Source: the human T2T-CHM13v2.0 reference genome, Homo sapiens. From it: DNA of 64,000 nt. The stretch is from NCBI RefSeq assembly GCF_009914755.1, contig NC_060928.1. One strand, written 5' to 3'. The notes beneath the pieces are model-generated. The model saw nothing but the letters and a program-made list of their open reading frames with translations, was not told the DNA's origin and made no database searches. The first letter of the stretch is position 1. The number at the start of each line of letters is the position of its first letter. Below are positions 12,799-25,079 of this stretch, in pieces. The translations under genes and the position numbers were made by a program.

Positions 12799-15015
12799 GA
12801 GTAAAGGAAGTAATTTATATCACTTCTTTTGTGTCTGGTTCTTTGATCCCTAATCCCTTTTTGGGGGGTTTTATTAAGCAAAGAGTCAGAAATTAATAAG
12901 CAACAAGGATTGCTGACATTCCTTTCACTCCACCTTCCTGAGAACTTCCAACAGGCCGCTGTCCTTCCAGTCTGTATCCACCCTACCCCACTCCACTCTT
13001 ACATGGGTACTATTGTGTGCAGGGTTCAGGTGTGTTAGATTGGGGACAAGTAAACCCAGCTGAAACTCCTGCGTCTGCTGTCAGGAGACTGGCCTCTCCT
13101 CGAAGGACAAAAAGCGGTCTTCATGCTTTTTTGCTTCTCTTCCTGCATCTTCCGTCACTTCACATGTGTGCATGTGGGGTATCTCACTCCTCTGTATCCC
13201 CAGCTTGCAGTTGTCAGAGCATGAGTGGCAGTGTGGGCCTTCTGCAACATGGAGCAGAATTTATACAAAACTTTGTCAGGAGGATAAGGGGAGAAAAGGT
13301 CTCCTATCACACAAACCAGAAAAGGCAGAGGGAAACTTGCCTGGCAATGCGAACGGCATGTTGTTGCTCATCTAAACATCTTAGATATTTGGGAAAAATG
13401 AACACATGCGTGCAAGCTCCCACATGCGTAAAAGGAAATTCCATTCTTCATTAGCTATGTTTTCCAGCTTTTATCTCTCATTTCATTCCAGATTCTTTTA
13501 TTCTCATAGCCGTGCTTTCCAGCAACCAATTAATGTTTTCTCTGATAGATGTTTCTTTTAAAGGGTAATCTGTCTTCAATGTTAAGCTCAACATTCTTCT
13601 TCTAACTTCTAAGAGAATAGAAGATACATAAAGAGCTGAGGAGAAGAATACGATATGTTACCTTCCTGAGTTCTGAAATGTCAGCTCCAACTAGTTGGAT
13701 TTAAATACTATGATATTTTCTGTCTTATTCATGACAGTACTCTTAGCTAGGATTTTAATGCATGTCCATATAGGGTAAAAGAGAAGGGACAAAATTCCAA
13801 ATCCACATTCATATGTGGTTTCACCTAGAGAATAATGAACTTTTGGTTATGCTCAGTGTTTGCCAAGGAAATTTATATAACAAATATAAAAAGAGACCTG
13901 AGAGGACACAGCTCAAACTCTTGTGTTCTGTTGGTTAAAATTAGAGCAGGTTGCAGGAGAGACAGTGACATATAATACATCTAGAATTACAATAACTTGT
14001 AGTTTTGTTAATTTTTGGAGATTGGGCTTGGTATCATCATATTTCCACTTCTAATTCTTAAAGGAATGATTAAAACAATTTCCTAAATAATTGTGAGATT
14101 TTCTCTTCTTTTCTTTATAAAAGTGCATGTATTGTTTTGCTTGGTTTTGTTTGCAAAGCATATGCTGGTAGCTATCAGGCTGTATTTTTGAGCTGCATGA
14201 GTTGGTTCTGTGTGGCCAATTATGAGAACCTTATTGGGGTTTTGTCATTGGAAATAATAATGATTCTACCTAGTCCACCACTTTATACATTACAAAACAT
14301 AATAGCATTCCCTATGTCCCTTAATGATATGCTACAGAAATTATGTAACTACTTTGTAAAAACCTATGCTCTTTCTTGCTTTTCATTAATATACTTGTGA
14401 AATAACATTTTCAGTTTTCACATACGAGTCTGACCTTAGAAACCCACAGAGTTAGACACATTTGCCAGCCTGTGGGACAATTTGAACAAGTCAGATGATT
14501 TGGGCACAGAAGTGTTCAGTTCTTCCAGGACATATTTGATCATTTGCATTCCATCAAAGACTTCCAATACTTATTTACAGGTGTCATCAAAGAATTCAAG
14601 GATCAAATTCCTACAATATTGACTTGAATAAGGTGAGTCTTATGCATGATCTGGCAGTTGTGAGGGTATTCATACCCTTTTAAAATATTATCCAGGTGTT
14701 TACATATTTCCAAGCTAAAAAGAAAAAAAAAAAAACTTAGGCCTTCTTATCTTCCCTTTCATCCTTTTGACTTTCCATTTTGTAGGCCCAAATTAAATTC
14801 TGTTTTTACATCTTCAATGATATAAGCATTCAGGGCACCATGAAAAATAAAGGCCTTATTACTTCATAATATGTTTGGAATTGTGCATAATTACATTTAG
14901 TTGATTAGTTGGCTATAGTGATTGCAAGACCATGGAGTGACTGAAATTAGAAATGGAAAAGACCCATTGGATATCATTATCTTTCTTTCTGTCAAGACAA
15001 GATTGTTCTCTGAAA

Positions 15016-15020
<5 letters not shown>

Positions 15021-15056
<36 letters not shown>
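15021..15056. repeat. (TG)18 microsatellite
   Basis: Perfect dinucleotide run. Confidence 0.97.
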
Positions 15057-15058
<2 letters not shown>

Positions 15059-15142
15059 TTAGCATTCTCCCTCAGCTACATAAATAAGCAATTTGATACT
15101 CTTGTTTAGATGGAAATAATAGAATGCTGAGAATAATAGAAT

Positions 15143-15336
15143 CTAGTTTGGATGTCGCCCCACCCACATCTCATGTTGAAATATAAAATGTAATCCCCAG
15201 TGTTGGAGGTGAGGCCTGGTAGGAGATGACTGGTTCATGGGGGTAGATTTCTTGTGAATGGTTTAGCATTATCCACTTGGTGCTCTTCTCATGATAGTAA
15301 GTAAGTTCTTGAGAGATCTGGTTGTCTAAACGTGTG
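15143..15336 (+). mobile_element. MST-family LTR, 5' half only
   Basis: TAGTTTGGATGTC...CTCATGTTGAA...CCCCAGTGTTGGAGGTGAGGCCTGG...GAGATCTGGTTGTCTAAACGTGTG, then similarity ends. Confidence 0.8.
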
Positions 15337-15809
15337 CGGGCTCTGGTGTCTGCACATAGCATGAGACCCATTTGGTATGGGATGAAGCAAGAGGTGGAGA
15401 GAAAATGGGCGCATGGCACAGCTGGGGCTTGGGGGTCAGGGATGCCGATCCCCACATTTTCACATCCTGAAACAGAATTCTAAGAAGTCTTAGACTTCTA
15501 AATTTGTGTCTGGCCTTCCAGTTGTAACATAGGAATAATTTTTTTCAAGGTGAAAGAGCAGAACATATTTTATTTTATTTAAGAGTTTGTTAACATGACT
15601 TATATCTTCTGATATTTAGCCATATTGCGTATGACTCTCCATTTTTGCTATTGTCCTGTACTCTGCCAGTGTAGGTGGCAGGCCTGTGCATAAGTCCTAG
15701 GTCTTAGGTAAAAACCAAAATATTTGGACACCCTCTCTAATTATCAGTGTTTGACCTAACTTGTCATACCTAAGCGTCATTGTCTGAATCAAAATGCTCC
15801 CTTTGGGTT

Positions 15810-16120
15810 AAAGCCAGCTATAAATTTCTGGGATCTGGTGTAAAATGAAAATGTAAGACCCCTTTTGAAAAAGCTGAAGAAAAGTATTAACGATGCTTAA
15901 ATATAAAGTTATTTTCTTCTACAGGCTCTCTCGAAATTTTATGGTTATTTGCCATTTCATGTCATCATAACTTGAAAAAGTTAATTATTAGCATAGGCTT
16001 TATCATTTGTCTTTATATTGTGCAATGCCAATTTTAAATGCAACTATAAGAGCATTTAACTCACATGTGGAATCACCAAAAGTATGTAATTTATATTTTA
16101 TAGCTTATACATGTATATCA
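15810..16120. mobile_element. Possible hAT-Tip100 (Zaphod/MER115-like) remnant
   Basis: GTGTAAAATGAAAATGTAAGACCCC resembles a recalled subterminal motif; heavily degraded. Confidence 0.35.
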
Positions 16121-16491
16121 ACAAAAGGAGTTGGACAATGGGAGGAAGAACATAGTTGATTCCATGAGATAATTTGGATTGAGAGCTCAGTTTATGAACC
16201 CAGTGAGACACTCACATGGACTTCTAGAATTAGCTATTGAAGAGTTTACAGGAAGCAGGAAATCCCACAGAAACGGATAGTTCTAAAATTAGGAAATTTG
16301 GACCATCTGTTAGTATATCGTTTTTACCCATGGGATGATGAACATTAAGGTAAACTGGGATAAATATAAAATGAAAGATGAGGTAATAATCACTTCCTTT
16401 TACTTCTGTGTAGATTCACCACCAAAGTGTACATGAGAGACACCAAAGTTCATTCTTGTTCACTTTTTAAATAAGCTTTGTGAATCTCTCT

Positions 16492-17795
16492 ATTTTTAAA
16501 ATGGCTTTATTGAGGTATAATTTACATACCATAAAATTCACCCATTATCACTGCACAATTCAGTAACTTTTAGTAAATTTACAAAGTTGTGCAGCCAGCA
16601 CCGCAATCCCGCCTTAGAAACTTTCTATCAACACAAAGGGTTCCCTCAAAGGCAATTACCACCCCCAATCCCAGCCCCAGGCAAGCATTGATCTGCTTTC
16701 TGTCTCTATGATTTGTTTTTCTGAAAATTCCGTATAAATAATCTAGTATTTGCAATCATTTATGTTGGGCTTCTTTCACTAAGTGTAATATTTTTGAGGC
16801 CCACCCATGTTGTAGTATGTAAAAAGTAATTCATTTCTTTTGGTGATTGACTACTATCTTATTTTATGGATAGATCACATTTTGTTTATCTTTTCACCAG
16901 TTGTTGGCTGTTTGAGAGGCTTCCAGCTTTTTGGCTATTATAAATAATGCTGCCACGATCATTCACATCTTTGGTGGACATCAGTTTTCATTCCTCTCAA
17001 GTAAATGCCTAGGATGGAATTGCTACGTTGTGTGGTAAGTTTCTGTTTACGTTTTTAAGAAGTAGCCATATTGATTTCCAAAATTTCAAGGTGTTCTCCC
17101 ATTAGCAAATCCTGACCAATATTTGGTATTGTCATTCTTTTTGATTATAGCTTTTCTAGTCTCTGTGAAGTAGTATTTCATTGTGATTTTAGTTTGATTT
17201 TTCCTGATGATTACTCATGTTGAACATCTTTTCATGAACTTCTCGATCACGTTTGCATTTTTCTTTATGTCTATTCAAATCTTTTGTCCTTTTTTAAAAA
17301 ACTGGATTGTTTGGCTTCTTACTGAGTTATAAAAAGTCTTTTTTTTTTTTTTTTACCATGAGTACTAGTCTTTTCTTAGTTATATATGTTGCAAATATTT
17401 TATCCCAGTCAGTGTCTTGCCTTTTCATTATTAAACGATATATTTTGAAGGTAAAAAGATTTTAATTTTGATAAAATTTATCAAAGATACCCAATTTATC
17501 ATTTTTTCATTTAACACATTTTGCTTTTGGTGTCATATCTGAGAAATATTTGCTTAATCCAAGGTCATGAGGATTACCTTCTATTTTTTTTTCTAATTGT
17601 TTAATAGCTTTAGCTCCAATATTTAAGTCTATAATCCATTTTTGAGTTAATTTTTATAGATGGTGTGAGGTCTGAATTAAAGTTTATATTTTCAGTGTAT
17701 AAAAATCCAGTTGTCTTGACATTTGCCTTTCCTCAAAGATGACAAGTCATTGACATCTTTGACAAAAATCAATTGACTATAAATGTGAGGGTTGA
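16492..17795 (-). mobile_element. L1MB-type LINE-1 3' region
   Basis: GCTTTATTGAGGTATAATTTACATACCATAAAATTCACCC...TTTGGTGTCATATCTGAGAAA...AAAATCAATTGACTATAAATG. Confidence 0.85.
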
Positions 17796-17933
17796 AGTCT
17801 TTCTATGTTACATTTACCCTCCTTTTTCTGGTCTTAAGGACGCAGGGGATGATAGAATGTCTCAAAATTACATGTATGCTCATCCCACATTATACATAGT
17901 AGTGTCAGAATAACAAGACTAATATTACCAGTA

Positions 17934-18228
17934 AAGGCATAGTGGCTCATACCTTTAATCCTGGCACTTTGGGAGGCCAAGGTGGGAGGATCACTTGAAC
18001 CCAGGAGTTCTGGACCCACATGGGCAACATGGTGAAACCCCATATCTACAAAAAATATAAAAATTAGCTGGGCATGGTGGCTAATTTTATGTTGTTCTTT
18101 TATGGTTCTCCCAGCTACTTGGGAGGCGAAGGTGGGAGGATCACTTGAGCCCAGGAAGCAGAGGCTACAGTGAGTTGAGATCACACCACTGCACTATAGC
18201 CTTGGTGACAGTGAGATCCTATCTCAAT
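17934..18228 (+). mobile_element. AluJ-like with an internal fold-back insertion
   Basis: GGAGGATCACTTGA in both arms (J-type); non-consensus T-rich segment at about 18082-18102. Confidence 0.88.
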
Positions 18229-18261
18229 AATTGTAATACCAGCACCAATATAACTTTCCAT

Positions 18262-18783
18262 TTTAAAGGAGAAAAAGGATTCTCCTTTTCTTACCCATCA
18301 CAAGATTCAAGACTGACATTCCTCTAACGAGACAGATTAACAAGAGAAAAACATAACAAATTAATTTCATCAACATTTTATATGGCACAAGAGCCTTCAT
18401 AAATGATCTAAAGACCCAGGGAAAACTAAATATTGTTATGGATCTGTGCAAAAGTGTGATTGGAGGACAAAAGGGTATGATCTAATGGATATAAACTAGG
18501 GGGAACTTAGCAAGGCCTGTTTGTTCAGATTGTTCTTTGCCTCCAGGTATAAGGAAGAATCCCTCTGGAATGAGGGTCATATCAGGTCACACCACATGCT
18601 TTGAGGGGAAGTAAGCCAGAGAATTCTTTTTATGACCTCAGGAGAGAAAGGTAGGAGAAATCAGAGAAAGAGAAGATCACAAAGACCTTTCTGCTTCTGC
18701 AATTTTCTCAATTTCCTTCAACTTAAAATACTCAGTATTCCAAGATGTCATATTTTGGGGGTAGCATTTCCATCACCCCATCA
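18262..18783 (-). mobile_element. MER4-group ERV1 LTR (MER34-like)
   Basis: GACAGATTAACAAGAGAAAAACATAACAAATT...CTTAGCAAGGCCTGTTTGTTCAGATT...CATATTTTGGGGGTAGCATTTCC...CCCCATCA. Confidence 0.75.
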
Positions 18784-19177
18784 CCATTTATTTTTAAAAG
18801 TGATCCACTGAAATGCCGACTGGAAGCTCTGGGTAAGAGCCTCTCAGGTTGGGGCTCCACTCCGGTGTGATGTGGCTGGGCGGTCATTGAGGAACCCTCA
18901 AATGCCATTATCCCTTGATTTTTCTTCTGTTTTCAGTTCCCCCATAAAGAGATTCTCTTATCTGCAGCCAGTAGACAGTTCTGGAAAGCAGGAAAAGAAA
19001 GAGGCTGCACCATAAATACATTTCCATATAGTCACCCTTTTCATGCTGTAACTTCTTCTTAATTAAACCTCATGTCTCTGAGTCCTGTGTCTCTGACATT
19101 TCTTCAGAGAATAAGCAGCCATTCTTTGGTTGCAGAAAAAAAAGGATAATTCCTCTACTGCTTAATAGGGTCAAATA

Positions 19178-19374
19178 AGAGGTGTGATGGAGCTGGCTTG
19201 AGCCAGCTCTCTGGAAGACATGTGTTCATGTCTTCCCAGTTCTGTGTTGAGTAACATTATATTGATAGCTTGAAATTGGCCATGATGGGAATATTTACGT
19301 CATGAAAACTGGCGAACAGGGCTTTTTATTGGGGGTGGGGTGGAGTAGGGAGCTGGTTACCAGCACAGCACTGG
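19178..19374. mobile_element. MER63A-like hAT MITE
   Basis: GGTGTGATGGAGCTGGCT...TAGCTTGAAATTGGCCATGATGGGAATATTTAC...TTACCAGCACAGCACTGG. Confidence 0.75.
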
Positions 19375-20999
19375 ATCTTATCTTGCTGCTTATAAGACAT
19401 ATTTTTGGTAAATCCTTCATTGCTCAACCCTACCAACAATATCATTTTTAGATTTTGGAATTCCAAGGGCTAAGTCAGCTTGCCAGCTTGCTTCTACGCT
19501 GTCTCCTACTGGTAGCTTTGGTTTTGTTTTTCTCTGTTTTGCTAAATCTGTTAATACTTGTCCAATTGCTTTCCAGTTTCTCACACTTTGTTATCTCTTC
19601 TCATTCTGTTTGTCAATTTATCCTTACATTGTTATTTTAAGATTATTAGAAAGAAGGCTTGAACACAAAGTAAAGAGTATTCATTTAACCATATTTAATT
19701 TTAAGTAGCCTTTAGCTTTAAAAAATTTTCTTGGACTTTATACACATGAAAATACATAAAGATGCTATGCCCCATCTTTCTGCTCCCTCAGCTCTACTCT
19801 ACAGATATTAAAAATGGTATAAAATAGCCATTTTCTGTCTTACAGAAGAACATTGTGAAGAATTATGTAATAAAAGGGGGTTCTCTTGTTTAAAAGAACA
19901 AAACATAACACGGTGACTGATAGGATGTACTTCAAGATGTTAAATGTTAATTACCTCTGGGAGTGTGATTCCTATTTTCTTATTTTTGTTTCTTTAATCT
20001 TTCTAACACATCTACAATAATTCTTCATTATTTTAGAAACAAAAAAGTAAAAGTTATTTTAAATGGAATACAATTTACATACAAACAAACCCAAAAGTAT
20101 TATGATAGAATTATTTTGCAATTCTTGGGAGTTTACTGAGTTGAGAAAAGGAGATGTAACATTAGAACATAACCTAATTCTAATGTCTAATTCCAGGGCA
20201 TGTTGTGTTTTTTGGCATATCCCTGCATTCCTCAAACATATGTACACTTTGGGGTTTCTAAAAGTAGAATATTATTACATAGATCTTGGTGGGAAGTGGA
20301 AAGTTGCAAACTGTTGTCACTTTCAGTTTCACATTTCTTCCTGTAAATTGAGAAAGACATTGTTCTGTCTCACCAACTGAGATATTCTATAAATGTTCAG
20401 CACACACATGTGTACAAGAACATGAAAGCTTTCATTTGTCTTATAAAATCCTTGGGTGGCAATACCACTATTTTTTTTAATCTATAGAAGTGTGGGCTTT
20501 TGAAATTTGAGACCTTGCTTCTTACCCTGAAGGAAAATTAGGAAGAAAAAAAAATTAAAAGGACCCTCTACTTTCCTGGTAATTTCAATTTCTTATGCCT
20601 TGTCTTTCCCAGGGATTTCAAATATTTCAACTGTAGTAGACTTGTTGAGGCATTCCCTACTGGCTGCTGTTCTGCCAGTAGTCACCTTGACAGCTTTCTC
20701 CTTACTTAGCTAGTGTTAGGAACACCATGTGAGAGAATATTTGAACTGGCCAGAGAATGAGTGGCCAGAGCCCATTTTGAGTAAATTTGACAGCTTTCAA
20801 ATTCTGCTGAAGATATAAAACCCAGACATAGAAACAGGTAGGATTTGTAAAGGTCAAGGAATACAGATGTGAGCTGTTACCAGAGGACCCAACTCTGAGA
20901 TCTCCCTGGAAGACCAGTCTCTGACATCCTTTCTTGGCTATGCTCCTGAGGCCAAATGCCAGTTCATCAACTATAGGGTAGCACTGGCAGGAAGAGAAG

Positions 21000-21002
<3 letters not shown>

Positions 21003-21053
<51 letters not shown>

Positions 21054-21256
21054 AAATTATACTTCAAGTTCTAGGGTACATGTATGTGCACAACGTGCAG
21101 GTTTGTTACATATGTATACGTGTGCCATGTTGGTGTGCTGCACCCATTAACTTGTCATTTACATTAGGTATATCTCCTAATGCTATCCCTCCCCCCTCCC
21201 CCCACCCCACAACTGGCCCCTGTGTGTGATGTTCCCCTTCCTGTGTCCAAGTGTTC
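21003..21256 (-). mobile_element. 5'-truncated young L1PA 3' end with a tail decayed to (TA)n plus poly-T
   Basis: ATTATACTTCAAGTTCTAGGGTACATG...CCCTCCCCCCTCCCCCCACCCCAC...GTGTCCAAGTGTTC; probable TSD AGAAGTG(TG)TTTT. Confidence 0.93.
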
Positions 21257-22037
21257 AAGAAGTGTGTTTTGAATGATTTGATGGTCTGCGAGGGACTCCA
21301 CAGGCAAGGAGCTTGACATATAGTGCTTCTTGGTTAAAAGTAATGATCTTTTAAGTAAGAGGTGGTTGGGGTAGTTATTTTGGTCTCAGCAAATCTCTAA
21401 GGACAGAAAAAAGAATTCACAGGATCTCAAGGGGCAGGATTAGGCTAATTTCATGTGCTAAGATTAGGACCTAAGCCCTTAGTGGCCTAGCAAGAGAAGG
21501 CAGGGAGACTTGTCTGATTATACAGAGAACCTCCAGACTTTGAAGTGAAACATGAAGCTTGTTAGAATTGCAGCTAATATGGGTATGCTTGGCCTTGGAC
21601 ATGCTGAAAATGCATGCTTGTGATTACTATTATAAAAGATGTCAATATAAAGGCTTTGTGCTGTGTCAGTGAGCAGTTGTCTTCTGCCATTTTGATATCT
21701 GAGGGGGTCCTTTAATGGCTCCCAATCTTAATCTCTTTTTTCTCTAAGCTTTTAATATTTTCTCAAAAGTAAATCTTAATCGAATTTCTTAATCAGGCTA
21801 GCTTCTCTTCTTTGAAATTACTTCCCTTTGACAATATCTTAATAGTAACTAAGGCATCCATGCAGAAAATTAGAAACACATTGCCTGTTCACCTCCCATT
21901 ATTATCCCCTACTCAGGAAGCTGGGAATGGTGAGTAGTGGGTGCTGTTGGCTGGAGCTCAAGGTTTTGTGAAGCAGGGAGATATCTTTAAGAAAGACTAA
22001 ACCTTCTTACAGTCATTATACCATTCTTGGAATCCGT

Positions 22038-22205
22038 CTCCTTTCTCCTTCCTTCCTTTCTTCCTTCTTCCTTTCTTCCTTCTTGCTTCCCTCACTCCCT
22101 TCCTTCCTTCCTCCTACCCTCCCTCCGTTCCCCCTCCCTCCCTCCCTTCCTTCCTTCCTCCTCCTTTCATTTCTTCTCCTCTTTTTCCTCCTCCTCCTTC
22201 TTCTC
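22038..22205. repeat. CCTT/CCT-rich pyrimidine low-complexity tract
   Basis: Direct reading; only a handful of purines. Confidence 0.9.
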
Positions 22206-22349
22206 AAATATTTAATAAGAAGCTACTACACAAGAGGCTCTTGTGCTGAGTGTTAGGAAGAGATACGCAAATTAGAGCAATACACTGCTTCTGTTCTAAA
22301 GGAATACCCAAACTGCCGGAGAAGCTGCTAAGACATAGAAATGAAAGAT

Positions 22350-22565
22350 TCAGGACTCGGAGTCAGAAAAACTGAGTTTCAATCCTGCTCTTCTGTTTCC
22401 TGACTATAAGTCTTTGGCCAAATTATATGCCTTTACTTAACCTCCATTTTCTTATCTATAATATGGAGTTAATAATAATGCTTTTCTCAGGTAGTTATTT
22501 TTGGAGGATTAAATGACATAGAACAGTGTCTAATATATATGAGGCACTTAAAACTGTTGGCTGTT
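22350..22565 (+). mobile_element. MIR
   Basis: GGAGTCAGAAAAACTGAGTTTCAATCCTG...CCTCCATTTTCTTATCTATAATATGG...GAGGATTAAATGA. Confidence 0.75.
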
Positions 22566-23957
22566 TTTAGGGGAGATAGGATAGACGTACAAATCATGTA
22601 AAATAGTTTATATTAAATTAGCATTAAAATATATTAAAAATGAAAGGGATACAAAAAATCAGTTATTTAAGAAAATGTTAAGGAAGATACATAGCGGCAT
22701 AAATTGTATGAAATGGGTAATTCTTACAGCTCATAAACTTTAAAACTAAATGATCTTAAAAGCTCTTTCAATGAGAGTAAAAAGTGTGCTTCATTTCTCT
22801 ATTTTTGACACCAAAACCCACTGTCACCTTTACTGCTGACATATTTGAAGTGAGTGAACAGGCACATGTCCAAGATAAAGTGGATGCTGGGAAAGACATG
22901 AGAACTTGAAGAGAGTGAAACATCTCAGAATGGTGATGCTGTTAGGCTGTCAGAAGCGTGCATGAGATAAGCAAGAAGCAGTCAAGAGATGACTCATGGA
23001 AATGCCTTTGGTGTAAAACTGGGTGTTTAAATTGTGTACATGATATATTGCAATGTATAGAATGAGGGAGAATCAGAAGATTCAGGCCACACAAAAAAAT
23101 AGCCCAGAGTAAGAATATATTGGGTTTTCAGTTTTAAGCCAAGATAAATAGGCTTTTATTCTACTCAGTAGTTCTTTCTTTCTTATTTAATTTAAAAATA
23201 TTTGCTCTGCATACTACATGCTTTTTGTAGGAAAGGAACATGCCTCATACTTCATTTTTTCATGGAATGCAGCAACATGCTGAGCACCTTAGTCCTTAAA
23301 GGAATCTTATAACTTTAGTTAACCCCAAAGCTCTTGTTTTACAAATGCCAAATATTAGACTCTTAACTAATGTCTGTATGTTGGTTGTACAGATTGAGAA
23401 GGGTATTTAGGAAAAATAATCTCTAGAAGATAAAAATTCAACATTCTTTATTTGGACCCACAGAAGCCTGCTGAAGAATGCTTTGGTCTCCTACGTAGAT
23501 TGTCTCATTGCCCAAAAATAAACTTTAATCATTCACGTAGAGATATTTTCCAGCACATTTCGAAAAGAGATGAAATCTCTTTTATCTGGATCCTGGAGTT
23601 AAATTTACAAAGACTTGGAGTATTAATTAAATCATATTTAACCATTACATAAATGATGAATTCATACATATGAAATAAACGTGTATATAATCACCCATGA
23701 TGATTATATATCAGAAATAGTTCTAAATATTCCCTGTAAATGAAATAAGTTAATTGTAATAACTCTCAAAAATATGTACTATCTCTGTTTTGTAGTTGAA
23801 GAAACTGAAACATAATTTGACTTTAAGTACTTAACAGCTATTGAGTACCAGATCCTGAATTTCAACTCATGGAACAGAGCATGTGCTTGTAACCAGTACA
23901 CCTTACTGGTTTTTGTTGTTATTGTTCAAGAGCAAGGGTGTTAGGGGGGCTTGGTTA

Positions 23958-24120
23958 TGTTAAAAGAAAAACTTCACACAAAATAAATTTAACAGAGTTT
24001 ATTTTCACATAAAAAATTTGTGAATTGGGCAGCACTCAAAACTGGAAGAAGTTCAGAGAGCTTCACTTTAGCAGCATGAGGAGCAGGTTTTTACAGGCTA
24101 ACCACAGAAATAAACAAATT
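23958..24120 (-). mobile_element. ERV1 LTR fragment (MER57-like)
   Basis: TGTTAAAAGAAAAACTTCA...AAATTTAACAGAGTTTA...TGAATTGGGCAGC. Confidence 0.55.
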
Positions 24121-24339
24121 ACCTTATTAGGTGGGAACTGGATCTTAGAGTTGAAATAATCACATCAAATCAACAGTCAAAATACTTCTTAATCTTTGCA
24201 TAGTGCTTTATAGTCTTCTCATTTCTTCATTCATGAAACATTTATTTAGCATCTTCTATGTCCTACAATTAGCTACTGTAATTACTAATATAATAAATTA
24301 TATTTTGAGAAGTATCATTTTGCTTGATTTATTTTTCCT

Positions 24340-24520
24340 GAGCTTATTTATACCTACCTGATTTTTACAACAACCCACCCAATTTTAGTACATGCATATT
24401 ACAGGTAGTAAAATTGAGGCATAAAGAGATGAAGTATTTTGCTTCCTGTTCTCACAGTTGGTAAACCACAGAGCTGATTCAAACCCAGGTATTTATCAAG
24501 CTCCAAAGTTCTATGCTACT
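24340..24520 (-). mobile_element. MIR
   Basis: TTACAGGTAGTAAAATTGAGGCATAAAGAGATGAAGTA...GATTCAAACCCAGG. Confidence 0.7.
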
Positions 24521-24848
24521 TAGGAGAGCTACCTTCCAGGGGCCCATGGTCCAGAGAGAGCATCAATATAAAAGTAATTGTGATGTATTATGATAGGAAT
24601 GAACACAGAGACATGTGGATATTTGTGGCTTATTTATTTCCTCAATTTTTCATGTGTTCACACATTCGCATGATTTTGTAAGCTGTTGTAGTTTCTCTAG
24701 TATGTTCTTTTTTTCTCTCTCTCCTGCCTTAGTTTTTAATGGAGAAAATACAAGTTTAGAGTAGATTTAATCAAAATAATCAGATTGGTGAGCGACTGAG
24801 CTAGGATTGAAATACAGCGTTGTCATGGGTTAAAAAATACAACTTCTT

Positions 24849-25016
24849 AGTTGAATGTGGTGGTATGCACCTGTAGTCCTAGCTACAGGAAGCTGTGGCA
24901 AGAGGATCTCATGAAGCGAGGAGTTTTGAGACTGTGGTGTTCTCTGATTGCACCTGTGAATAGCCACTGCACTCCTGCCTGGGCAACATAGCAAGACCCT
25001 ATCTCTAAAAATAAAA
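24849..25016 (+). mobile_element. FAM (fossil Alu monomer)
   Basis: Single monomer carrying the 7SL-type segment CCTGTGAATAGCCACTGCACTCC...GGGCAACATAGCAAGACCC, followed by an A tail. Confidence 0.8.
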
Positions 25017-25079
25017 CACACAGATGCACACACTCACACATACACAAAATAACTATACCTTCTTCTACTACTTCTTGAA

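Noticed and set aside
13017-13454. 145-aa ORF in unique DNA
   Set aside because: GTG start, no recognisable homology, no supporting exon structure; this length can occur by chance in 64 kb.
15483-15499. Palindrome AGAAGTCT-T-AGACTTCT (and TTTGATAAA-A-TTTATCAAA at 17467-17485)
   Set aside because: Stems of 8-9 bp in AT-rich or repeat-derived DNA can arise by chance.
24849-25016. Functional 7SL/SRP RNA gene
   Set aside because: Lacks the S domain and is heavily diverged; it fits FAM.
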